A DNA stretch of 64,000 nt from Phoronis australis. Its lineage: Eukaryota > Animalia > Phoronida. The notes beneath the pieces were generated by a model, which did no database searches, was not told the origin of the DNA, and saw only the letters and a program-made list of their open reading frames with translations. How positions within the stretch are numbered: the first letter of the stretch is position 1; every line of letters starts with the position of its first letter. Positions 1 through 12,152 of this stretch are shown here, piece after piece. Position numbers and translations under genes: made by a program. The stretch lies in the NCBI GenBank assembly GCA_002633005.1, contig NMRA01000493.1:111647-175646 (forward strand), written 5' to 3'.

Positions 1-3000
1 ATATTCCAGGGCGTCCATGATTCCGACGCATAACCCCCCACCCCCAGCAATCCCCCCAAACACAGATTTTTTTTACAAAAAATGCATAGACCAAGGTTTT
101 TACATCTAAGTTTACAAAACAGCCTTCTGTAGTGAGCATTTTTACTAAAAAAACTGTGTAGACCAAGACTTTTACAATGCTATCAACCAAGTGTGAGCAA
201 TTAGCAACATTGTACTTTGTACACACATTGTATATTTCTTCCTGCTTTGAAAAAAGAGCCACCACTGTGAGTCTTCATAGGCTTCCTAGTAATCATTACA
301 ATGTGTGTGTCCAAACTTGAAAAGTTCCTATTGATAGTAGACATCCAAATTATACATTGGGCATCCTTGCCAGGGCGTCCATTGCTAGGGCGTCCATTTG
401 GACGAAAGGACATACGCTGCATAAAGGCCTGATTCAAAGCCTATACAAAACATACCTAGATTTGCGTAGAGGAAGTAGTATCCCACTCGACATCATTCAG
501 CATACCGATATGCGGAATAATGTCTCATGGGATATTACTTAATCTACGCCACTCTGGGTACGTTTTGTGTATTTACACTGGCACTTTGAAATTTGTATTG
601 AACCATGTTGCCTGGGATTTTAAGTCACAATGCAGTGCCATCTTTATAAACCATTGTTTTAGTTTATGTTTTGGGGTGATACCCCTTGTCTTGATTCTGT
701 GGACTGAATAGAGTTGATTGATTACTAGCATGCTTTAACTGCGATATTCAGTGCTGCCTCCCTACCATCTCTGAATGCACTCACCAGACACTTGGTGTAA
801 AAAGTCTTCGCTGATAAGAAGTCGTGAATTTTTCCCCATAACTGAAAATCTCACTTCTGCCAACCAATTGCTTCAGTGGCAGTAATTTTGCTAGTTTACG
901 TGCCCACGCTTACCATACTCACAAAATGTTTCATTCGCTGAATTACAGTCCCGTTTAATGAGTGATTGTCTGGACTGCTGTCCTGCATTTATGAAGCCAA
1001 AGGTTTATCCTTGGACAAACCTCTGGTCAGGTTCACTTCAAATTTTGTCTATTCACTGATCAAGGAGTGGGAATGAAGTAACTTCTCATCTTACCGTGAC
1101 GATATGCAACTAGTTGTGGCAAATGCCTATTGTGCTTTGTCATTTGGACTTTCCCTCTTCTGTCTTTCCCTTCTTTGAGCTCACTTGAGCCAGAGCTTGA
1201 TGTCTCATTTACTCAATTTCCACCATTCAATGAAAATGAACTTGGCTCATACAGGTTATCCTTGAAGTGATAAAGCAATGGAGGCAGTCTTTGCTTCTGG
1301 CTCTGTAGATTTCAAAAGTAAATTGAATGTTAAAACCATTTCTTGTTTAATCCACATCACCTGCCTGTCTTCTCTCATAAAGAAATGTAAGACTTGACCT
1401 GATTAATTCTAACCAATCATAAGCTTTGTTTGCTAGGTCCCTTCAGTCAACCACAATTGAATGAATAGCTTGTCTCAGGTATCAGTGAATATGACAAATA
1501 TTTTTCGAGTAGTGTAGGGTGTTTTAGTTTTCTCATCTTTTGGTGTTACTTTTCTCCCCAAATTAATCAATAATGTGATTTCAAAGTATTCTGTGCATAA
1601 GTGACCTATTTTAGTTTATGTTGAATGCTCAAGAGCTTAATTGTTCATGCAGACTTTGAATACTGATATTAATGTATTCCAATTTTGTATTTTTTACATT
1701 TCTGGGGTTTTTTTTGAGAAAATACCTATGACATATATGGGTGTCCTTGCGCATGTGTGGATCTCACTACACTTAGTTGATTTATAAGAGGGCATTTAAA
1801 TTATCACTGAATTCAGATTGCTCTAGTAAACTCCATGTGGGATGGGAAAGGCACTTGATATAAAAATATGGGTGGTTGTGTTGTGGAAAATAAAAAACAC
1901 CAGTTGTTATCCATGTAAAAAAAACAAAATATGGTAATATGGTACTGGTTATTTACATTTTTCATGCATGAATTTGTCGCCTTGGGAATTTTGGCATGTG
2001 TTCCACACAACAAGGGACAATCACACCTAACCAAATTCCCATGCATTATCAGCCATGAATTTGTGCTGTGCAGCAATTCATTACACAACTGGGTACTTAC
2101 AATGAGTCATACTCATTTGAAAATCATAAAGCACAAACATGTTTATCACAGGTCTCTTATGTTTGTGAACTGGGGTATGGCTGTAAGGCACTTAGTGTTC
2201 TCAGCATGGCTCCACTAGAATTCTTAATCTTAATCTAGGACCAATATCAATGTATAATACTCCCAGCCTTAATGGTCTAAACAATACTGAATTGTCCAGT
2301 TAGCTATTTATGAATAAGGGAATGCAAAATATTTTTGTAAGGGTGAGAATAATTGAGTAAAATTGGTATTTCTGGGTCATTCTGTATATGATTAATCCAT
2401 GCAACACATCCATGCTAGTATTTAAAGTATAAAACTGAATTACTTATTAAGATACATGAACCCACTGAACATTGTCAGTGTTACTGTTTTTGTGTGCCTA
2501 AACACTCAGGTTTGGATTGCAAGGATCAGTAGGAGTTAAGCACCTTTAATGACCTAAAAAAATTAAAAAATCCATGATTAAATTTGTCATAGAATGTTAT
2601 TGTATTTTGCCATTCTGCAACAACATTTCTGAGTTATTGAAAAACATAGCTGGTGGGTAATGTGTGCATTCCGCTCCCATACCGATTTTATTTGGACACC
2701 CCTTACTGTAGTTAATGTAATGTATAACTTTTTCTTTATTTTTTAGAAAACAAAAAGCTTGAGTTCCTCATAAGTACATGCAATATGTAGTAATTAGCAA
2801 TTTGAAGTCATTGGGAATGGTGATTATGTTAAAAATTCAGTTCATTTGGGACAAAAATATTTCCTAATATTGTATTTTTTCATTTCCAAAGGCTTGCTTG
2901 TTACCTTGGTATAGATGTTTACCACCTGTTGAGAGCTTTGCAACACAAATCATGCTCGCTCCCAAGCGTATCTTAAAATTTGTTTTTGCTACTAATCTCG

Positions 3001-3581
3001 ACAACATGAAATTACAATCACATTTGTCTGTCAAATTGTTTCTTAAGCTGACAAATTTTCAATATAAGTGACTGTGAAGTCAAATTTGCAAAAATACTAA
3101 TTATGCTAACTAAAATTAGCAGTTGTGAATATAATCAGAGAAGCAATCAGTGACCTCCAATCAGAATGTCTACGATTGGCTTAGTCAACTTGTTATTAGA
3201 CTTATTCAAAATCTGGGGACTGTATGCCTTAACTGCCAGTAAATTTCAAAACATATTTCGGGCACCTCATCCAGTGGTTCATTACATGCCCAGCATCAGG
3301 AGGCCATTACTGTCTAAACCACAACTTTTTGATGGGCCAGTTAGTAGAATACACAAACTCCATTAGGAGGGATTTTGCCTTTGTGTAGTGCATTTGGACC
3401 ATTCTCTTTGTAAAGTACAGTGGTTTTAAGTTTTTGTCCACCAGTCTTGGTAGCAATATGTGAAAAGTGTTCTAACATCGACCAAACTTTTGCTCCTAGG
3501 CTATTCTAAGATGAACTGTGACAAATATTCAAAGCAAAACTGGTTGCTCTGAAAGTGTCTTAAATAGAAGGTTTGGAATGC

Positions 3582-3726
3582 TGTGATACCCCTAAAATAT
3601 AACAATTTCGTAAAATGTAACAACTTGCATTTTACATCATTGTTACATTTTATATTGCTAAGCCTCTCTTAAAATGTGACAAGTTGTTACATTTTATGTA
3701 GTTGTTACATTTCAGGTGGAAGCACA
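3582..3726 (+). mobile_element. ~145-bp self-palindromic MITE-like repeat (copy 1)
   Basis: Built of TAAAATGTAACAA subrepeats in both orientations, with TGTG...CACA ends. An inverted homologous copy lies at 6691-6836. Confidence 0.6.
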
Positions 3727-3859
3727 TTCNTGGAAACGAAGAGGTTGAGATTTAAAATCTTGTTTAGGCGTGCACCAACTTCAAAATTGAATATTTCTGA
3801 ACTATTGGCAGGCACTGTATTATTTGAAAATATAACTATATTCATCTGTAGTTTGCCAC

Positions 3860-3982
3860 AAAGAACTGAATTCAGACGACAATATTGTCTCTGACTTGTT
3901 GAAAACATTGCTTGTCAAAGAACTGAATTCAGACCACAATATTGTCTCTGACTTGTTGAAAACATTGCTTGTCAAAGAACTG
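3860..3982. repeat. 57-bp tandem duplication (2 copies plus partial)
   Basis: aaagaactgaattcagac(g/c)acaatattgtctctgacttgttgaaaacattgcttgtc repeated. Confidence 0.9.
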
Positions 3983-4262
3983 TGGATCATTCCACGATGA
4001 TGTGTAAGTTCAAAAATTGCTTTAAGTTGAACTATGCAGGCAGATATTTTTCGACAACTAACGACTAGTCGGCTGCGGTCACCAGGTCATTAGAATAGTT
4101 GGTAACGGACATACAAAATGAAACGATTTTACGTGGAATGGGCCCCCAATATTCTTAGAAAAGCGCAATGATTTAACAAAATGACTTGAACTAGGTTTCA
4201 TTGAAAGTGGATTGAATGGAACAAAAACCGCCAGAAGTCAGTGATGTTTAATACGAGCATTT

Positions 4263-5658
4263 AAGGTTATCTCCAACCTTATTCACAAAACTGGCCATTT
4301 TTACAATATTCACTTGTGTCTAGCAAAATACCTTATCTTCATTCTCGGGGAACTTCAAATACAAAATACATGATGCGTAGCGAGAAGAAAAAGATTTAGT
4401 AGAACCACCTTGGAACTGCACAACCACCTTGGAACTGCACAACCACCTTGGAACTGCACAACCACCTTGGAACTGCACAACCGCGTGGATATTTGTTTAC
4501 TACTTAACCAAGGTTAAAGGGCTGTCAATTGAATTGAATCTCCTGCCAGGTACAGAACAGCTTCGTATACCCTCAGTCCTTTCATTCACAAAGTCGCCAT
4601 AACATTGAGCCAACGAGGTGTGCTTATGATAGAATGGTTTCGGGGAAAACAAAGACAAAAGTTAGTTTTGATCCTAAGGGAGTTGTGCGTCTACATGCAT
4701 GCGACCGTTGGCATTGAAAACGAATGCTACGAGTCACCTCAGGCCTCTGTGGTCATGAACACAGAAAGTTGTGAAAAGAGATAAATCCTTACCCTAATTC
4801 CTTAATTCAAATAAGTTGACATTTCGATGTTTCAACCTCATGCTAACGACATACTTTAGCCACTGATTCTATTTTTGTAATCCATTTCTTACTTAGTTTC
4901 GTACCAGTCTCCCATCACGTGATGTGTATAGGCTATGAACTGTGACCTACTTAGAAAGTAGGGGGTAAACAACCGTAAAAGTTGGCTGGGAACAAAAAGT
5001 CTATTTGAGGTTTTAATGATAATTAAGTTACTTACGCACTGCAAAATCAGTTGACATTGCGAGTGAACGTTGAAATAGCTAACATAGTTAAGGATTGTAT
5101 AGGTTATGTGTGCCGAAAACAAGTTTTTACCGAATAATTAACCGAAGACTTTGAGATTTTCACTTGTCCCAGTTTAATCGGCTTTTTCTCGGCTTCAGCA
5201 AATCAACTTTATTTGAACTTAGGAACATTAGTTCTCAAAAACGACTGGATGGATTTCGCTGAAACTTTCTAAACTTAATATTTAGTCATCAATCAAAGCC
5301 TAGTTTTTGCTTAATGTGACAAAGATACAAAAATATCTTGTAGAAACCAAACGAACAGACTAATAAAAAATTCCTAACACCACTTTTGAGGTAACTGATG
5401 GAGTTTTCGTTTAAAAAGGTTTCATTAAAATCGACCGTGGGGTTATTTTGCTATGAATGTTCCTTTCTTAAAATGAAATTTTGATTTAAAAAAGGTTTTT
5501 ATGTAAAAATAATAATGGCTCATAAATACGAAAAGTATATTTATATTTCCTAGTCTTTGTTCTTTCAGAAAATATATACTTTTACTAGTTGACAAAGCTT
5601 AGTATTTTTGATATACGAGTTAGAATGGAGGCCACTAAATAAGGTTGGAGATAACCTT
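4263..5658. mobile_element. Non-autonomous TIR DNA transposon, Kolobok-like
   Basis: Perfect ~21-bp inverted termini AAGGTTATCTCCAACCTTATT (4263-4283) and AATAAGGTTGGAGATAACCTT (5638-5658). TTAA lies at the left junction and TTTTTAA at the right. No ORF. Confidence 0.7.
4403..4482. repeat. 19-bp tandem repeat x4
   Basis: aaccaccttggaactgcac x4, inside the 4263-5658 element. Confidence 0.95.
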
Positions 5659-6690
5659 TTTAATGCAATGCACCAAAAGGATTAATATGCTAAATTCCCT
5701 TATCTGCGAGCTGCAACACAAAAAGTGGCTCTTTATGAGACACGTGACTTCACGTCCAGTCAGCTTCTTTGGACTATTGTTCCTTTACATTATTGACCTT
5801 GACCCGGTTTGAGCAAAATGATTATGTCCTTACAGAGTGCAAAATATTCCCTAGCTAGGCATCCCATCTTTACATATACATGTCACGGTTTGATCTGTTG
5901 TTACCACCGCTATTTCAGGCAGGTTTGACATCACTGGAACTTTCTTTCAGCGTTAAAGCTGTATAACACGTTACTATGCCGCCACTTTTTTTACACTATT
6001 GGCTCGCTGTGCTCAAAGGCGGTATTTTGCTGTTGCTTTGGCAAAGCCTTTCAACCTGCCGGCAAATAAATATGTGCTTTTATTTCCTTCCATCACAATG
6101 TGTTTATAAGAAATTGTCATTCGTAATTAAGGTGGTAGACAGAACCCATGGAGCAGGGCAATTACGGCATTAGTGATGACCCCAAGGCAATAAAACAATG
6201 GCCGAAATAAGCTATCGTGGACTAAAACTTTGTCTTTTTTCTATCAAATTGGCTTCCGAAATTGAATCTCCATGAGAAATTTTGTTATTGTCGTTCGTTC
6301 CTGAAAAAAATACGTTAAATATTAGCCAAATATTATGTCATTATTTTTCTTACCAAGGTAATTGTGTTCACTGTAATGTCGGATACACAGTTGGTTTATG
6401 AGCACCAACAAAAGATTGCAAGAACGCCTTAACGATAAAAAACTTGTTACCTGATCCTGTAAAACTCCTTTCGTGTGGAGTTGAAACTGTACGCTGAACA
6501 TTTTTTACTATACCATAAAACTACTCATGTTAAAAAAACATGGAAAGTGCATAGGGACACATCTATCAAGTCGACCTGTCACATTTGATAGAATTTCATT
6601 CACACTATGGAGACAGAAGGCGTTAAGTGTGTCAGCAGTTTTCCTCCTGTGACAAATACCATGCTCATGAAATATGATGTAGCTTGTGCA

Positions 6691-6836
6691 TGTGCATTCC
6701 AGTAAATTGTAACAATTACATAAAATGTAACAACTTGTTCCATTTTAGGAGAGGCCTAGCAACCTAAAATGTAACAATGACATACAATGTACATTTTACG
6801 AAATTGTTACATTTTAGGGCTATCTGTGTTGTCACA
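6691..6836 (-). mobile_element. ~145-bp self-palindromic MITE-like repeat (copy 2, inverted)
   Basis: Its reverse complement aligns to 3582-3726 (ccctaaaat.taacaatttcgtaaaatgt...gcctctc.taaaatg..acaagttgttacattttatgta). Confidence 0.6.
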
Positions 6837-8815
6837 AAACTAGATGAATCCCATCTAAGAAAAACCCCACATTATTGATTTTTGGAAAAAGGGTTGGAAA
6901 AAGCCATGGTGGAGGCTTTTTTGGAATTGTTCTGGATGACTAGTACACAGGGAAAATTTGGGCACGATGTCATTATCTCTACTTTTTGTCTGTAAAAGGA
7001 CTGTTGGAATAGTTGAAGTTTATCACTTGTCAACAAAATCTTCGCCATACTTCTTGCATGTAGTAGCCAAGCTGCCGACTTATCGAAACCTCCCTCTTCA
7101 GAGCCCATGGCTGAATGAGGGCATTGCGGTTGGTAATTAAGTTTCCAAAATGCCCCACCACTTCTTTTCGAAAGACCCCCTGTGTGCTCTGTTTAGATGC
7201 CATCAAATCTACAAGAAAATGAATGTTTCTGAAAGAGCTTCTTCCTTGTACTCAATACTAAGTACATACCGTAAAGTAACTATGCTAAGTATACTAACCG
7301 TAACCCTTGCTTAAGCACGGGTAGCAGCGTATAGGAAATGCCGAGGGGAAATAGCTACACCTTCAAGTGAACATTAGTGTTCATCGCAAGAGACAGGGAT
7401 ATTTTTTCAAGAGACTGCTTTATTTTAAAAATTCATTCAGAATTTCTGTCAGATTTAGGCAGGGTGTGCGGCTGTGTGATTCTTTCCCCAGGCAGTAATT
7501 TTTTCCAGAACATTTGACACTGTCATAACATAATTTACAGTAATCAGCTATTCTTTAAGTGAAAACTGAGGAAGCATTAACAAATATTGCCATTGTACAC
7601 AAAGTATACAATGTATTTACAAAAGTCACATCATAATGTACATACTAATTAAAGGCAGAAATCTAGCTAGCTGTATCGTCAACTTAAAACTAAGTAGCTG
7701 CGTCTTGAGCTCCGTTAGACACCGAAACTTGACACAACCCAGGTAGCTCAGCTCATCACCTCGTTGTGAAACTATATCAACATGTAGAGCTAAGGCCGGC
7801 GGGGATGCATGCAGAATCTTTGGGAATTAATTGACACTCACCTTGCCCATTGCAACTGTTTAAGTGAAAAAACAATCTAATAAACGTCATTTTTGCGTAA
7901 TTCTCCCCCTTTTGTAACAAAGAAAGTATGTTGTTGTTTTGAAAACAATACGCTCGTGACACGCGCACATGCTATTTCCTGCTGAAATTTTGCGATATCT
8001 CTCAGGAGATGAAGACAGCTTCACAGCAAATTGGGTTTGTTGTTATTAAAGTACTAAAAACTTGCAGCAAAATGAAACCAGTACCAGTTGTTATGACATG
8101 TACCCAACCTTGTGGAAGAGAAAAACACTTGATTGAAGAATCAGTGAAATTGGCCACTAAGTGACACAATGGCACTGAAAGCCGACCCATAAGAGCCCAC
8201 TACAATTTTAGCAACAAAATAACAGCAGAACACCAATTTTTCCGACATCGGTAAATAAGTAAGTTTACTTTGGGAAAAGTTTAGTTTTTAATAACATCAT
8301 TAATTTTGGCAGCAACAGGCCTGAAGAAGTATATATGCGACGGAAGCCAGGGGGAGTGAATTTAAGCCGACGGACTGTCATCACCAAGGTCCATACAAAA
8401 CTGGCCACCCTCTCTCTGCGCCTGCTAAAAATGGCCAGGGAGAAAAAATTAAGAACACCTTGAATCTAAATAGAGGGCCAGTGCACTAGGTGGGACCAAG
8501 GCAGTGTCGAAACATGTGCAACGAAGGTCTATAGTAGAACAGATGATGTTGAGTTTGTGTGAACGATGCATTTTATATGATAGATACAGATGGTAAATAT
8601 GTTGTGTATATTCCATAATATATGATATTAACTATATGCAGTATTATGTTAAATATACTAATTATATACAGTTTTATACCTGTATAGAATGTTTTGTGAT
8701 GGTAACTATAGTAAGTATATACCATAATATACATGTAAGTGATCCTAACTTAGAAATAATCATTGCTATGATATTGACGTATGGGGTCAATTTTACTATG
8801 ACATTCTTTTCCCAG

Positions 8816-11800
8816 AGAAAGGCTGAGAGAGAACTGCTTCAGAAGGAAGAACAGGAGAAATTGAAGAAGCAAAATGAGACCGATGTTCGGGAGGCTGTTA
8901 AAGATGAGAACATCGACTTTGAGTCTGTACGCTCATTGTCTGAGCTTGGCATTGACACCAGTTTCATTGATGACATCGGTGAGTTTTGTGAAGAGGTCTC
9001 ATTACACTGCATCAAGGCATCAGTTTGGTGATCTTTGTTGTAACTTATATGTCATTAGGTGGCTCAAACCATGCCAGATTACATGAGATACTACCCAGAT
9101 TGGCCTGAACACAACAACCCAGTTGACACAGCCAGCTCTAACAAAAGACTAGCTATCAATAGGTTACACAAGTTATTACTTGGTGAAATAAAATTTCTCC
9201 AAGTTTGTTGCTTTGTCATAAAATCTGTTGTTTTTTGTTCTTTGTCTCACGGCACTACAGATGGCACAACAGAAAATATACATACGTGTATTGTGACTGG
9301 CTCAAAGCCTATTGTTTTGGTCAGAGTTGGGTGCAAGTTAGCACTGTGGCGGCCAGTTTTCACTTTTTTGGTTTGCGGAGCCATAGCTCCACTGTTTCTG
9401 GTGAGACTTTTTTGGTCATTGGAATTGTGTCATTTGTTTTTCTCTAGGTCTTACCGTTATGGAGTTATTTGAGATTTTCTGGTCTCCAACCGAGTTCTTG
9501 TGTCATATCGTTGATGTGTCTTGACAGATTTGTTTGAGGTATCTGTGGACAGATCTTTTCAAGCGCTGTCAGCATTCTCACTCATTTTTTTTACACCTCA
9601 CCATTTTCGAGATATTCGAGATTGAGTGCTTAGATTACTGCTCTTTTGTTGACTTATTTCTAGTGGCACTGTGTTGGCCTACCGTATCACCTTCGTGCTG
9701 GAGATCACATTTTTCGTCTGACTGACATGCAATTTCAGAACTGGCTTTACCCTCTTGCTCTGCATTTTCTTGTCTTTGATTGATGTTACTAAGGCAACGA
9801 ACATAAAGTCATGCGTCCACGCATATTTATCAAGTTTATCCAACTTTCTCCATCGGAGTTGCAGCCCACAGCACAACAGTATACTGTGTTGGCATTGAAA
9901 GGACGAATAGAGTAATGTAGCCAAGAAAAACTTGTAATGAATGCGACAACAAAGAGCATCTACATAGTGCGAAAATGAACGGTTGCAAAAAGGCTTGACG
10001 TATATAGCGAGATTTGAGAGTCACTGTGTAATCTGGAGGCTGCCCTATTGTAGACAATTAACTTGTGTTCGTAATCAAGTAGATCAGAAAATGTCAAAAA
10101 TAATTTTGGGTTTTGATTTCGAGAACAAAGTTTACACCCTGTGCTCTGGTGTGTAGTAGACATGGAGCAGGCCAATCCGACGCAAGATACTTAGAAGTTC
10201 CACGTCAGTGTCTGTTTACACACATAGTTTAACTGTGGTAAAAATGTCATGTAAATTTGACTTTCTATTGAATTTACTTTTAGATACCAACCAAGCATTT
10301 GTTATTTTTTGTAAAGTCTGTTGTACAAGAATTTGTGTTGTCTCTGGAAGGTTTTCTTAATTATGGCATAAATAAACAAACTGTGCCAAATGCACTGATG
10401 ATAAATCAGTTTAAAGTTGTTTGAGGTTGCTATAAATCTACCTTCCAGCAAAAAGCTAAGTATACATTTAGGTCTGTTAATAACTTTATGAAACTGACCT
10501 CAGCTTGTTCCTCTCTTTGATCAGAAGTGATTTCTGGTTCTGGAAAGACATGACACTTTGTTTTTGCTCGAGACAGCGCCACGTGCATAACATCCAGCCA
10601 GGGGGTCAAGCCAACTTGAAATGCTGAACCTTAAGCACACAAACTATTGCAGCTTCTCAAGCCTATAACTTGTCATCTTCCAAGGAACAAGTTGAAACCA
10701 GTTTTATAGCGGTAGATATTCTTAATTATCTTTTGACGGAAGATGGCTCTGTAGCATAGCGTTATCTACTGTTTCACTACTGTCTACGAGTTTGCTATAT
10801 TTCTACATGTTAGAAGTAGACTTCAAGAAGGCCGAGCAAACAAAGTGTATTCAGCAGAAGTTGGACAACATGGCGGAGCTGATCAACACCTTGGAAACAA
10901 CTCAGAGTCAGCGATTGAGCCAGAAACCTACTCAACATCTGGCGCACATTCCTGGCCCCACAGAGAATGAGAATCAGCTGGGTGAGTCAACTCCCTTGCT
11001 ATCAAACATCTGACGAGCAATTCACCAAAATGCTGTGAATGCATGGAAACGATACCCACTGGAACTGTTGTAGATACCCTGGTTTTCTGGGGCAACAGGA
11101 AGCAGGCGGAATTCACAGTATATGACTTGTTTCACAGAGTTAGCGATTTCAAACGAAATCTCTGTAGCATGTACCATAATTCTCATATTTTAATTACCAA
11201 AAATTAAGAGTATTGTCCATCAAATTCAACACATTCTGGCCAAAAATCGGTTTTTGTGCAGCAGACATGTTCAAGTATTTGTTCATTCTTTTTGGAAGTG
11301 GCGCTGTTCTTTTTCGGCTCTTGAGACACAATAAACATGGCATGCAACAAGTTATCATTAAAACATATCTGCGCCGTAATTCAGCAGAAAAGTAACAGCA
11401 ATTCCCAGATGATTCTTACGTTTGAAATCACAAAACAGAACTTGGTAACAGAAAAAACAGAAAAGCACTTTTATTTTTGCTAAAATGTATTGCTCTGTCT
11501 TTGAAAATAGAAAACTAGGAGCTCTACGGATGTCAACTACTGGTGTACATGATGGGTTAACACAAACAGTTTCTATTTCATTCATGGATATTCTTCATCC
11601 TTTGCTCGCTTGCAGCAGTCATTTGAACCTCACACCATAGTCGTCATTTAAAAGTGTTATGATAGCAAAAGTGTTACGATAGCAAAAATGTTATGATNAC
11701 ACAGTCAGACAATATGAAAACAAAATGGCGGGAAATTCTATACCATTGTCACTTCCGAAAAAGGGCACGACTAATTAATTAAATTATAGGAACCGGTAAT

Positions 11801-12120
11801 CAAATGAATAATATGTCTGGGATAATCAACGAACCATATTTTTAAAAATGACGTGAAAAAGTTCCTTTCTCCAAGTTGATTTTAACTGTTGGTGAATATA
11901 CCAACTTTGTGCTTTCACCTGAGAAGACCCTGGTATGGTTGGACATTGAGATAAATGCAGGAAGGTTTTGCCGCAGTGTCTGTATGGTGTTTTGCCAGGT
12001 CTTGAATCAAAAGCAATCAGTATTCTGATGCTGTTTGGGGCCATTAGATTGTAAAACATTGAGATAGATATCAATGAAATTTGTTTCTGAGCAGTTTATA
12101 ACAATGACAGTTTTATATAT

Positions 12121-12152
<32 letters not shown>

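Noticed and set aside
1-8815. Additional BRD7/9 exons among the small ORFs
   Set aside because: No recognisable BRD7/9 peptide with splice sites was found. The region reads as repeat-rich intron.
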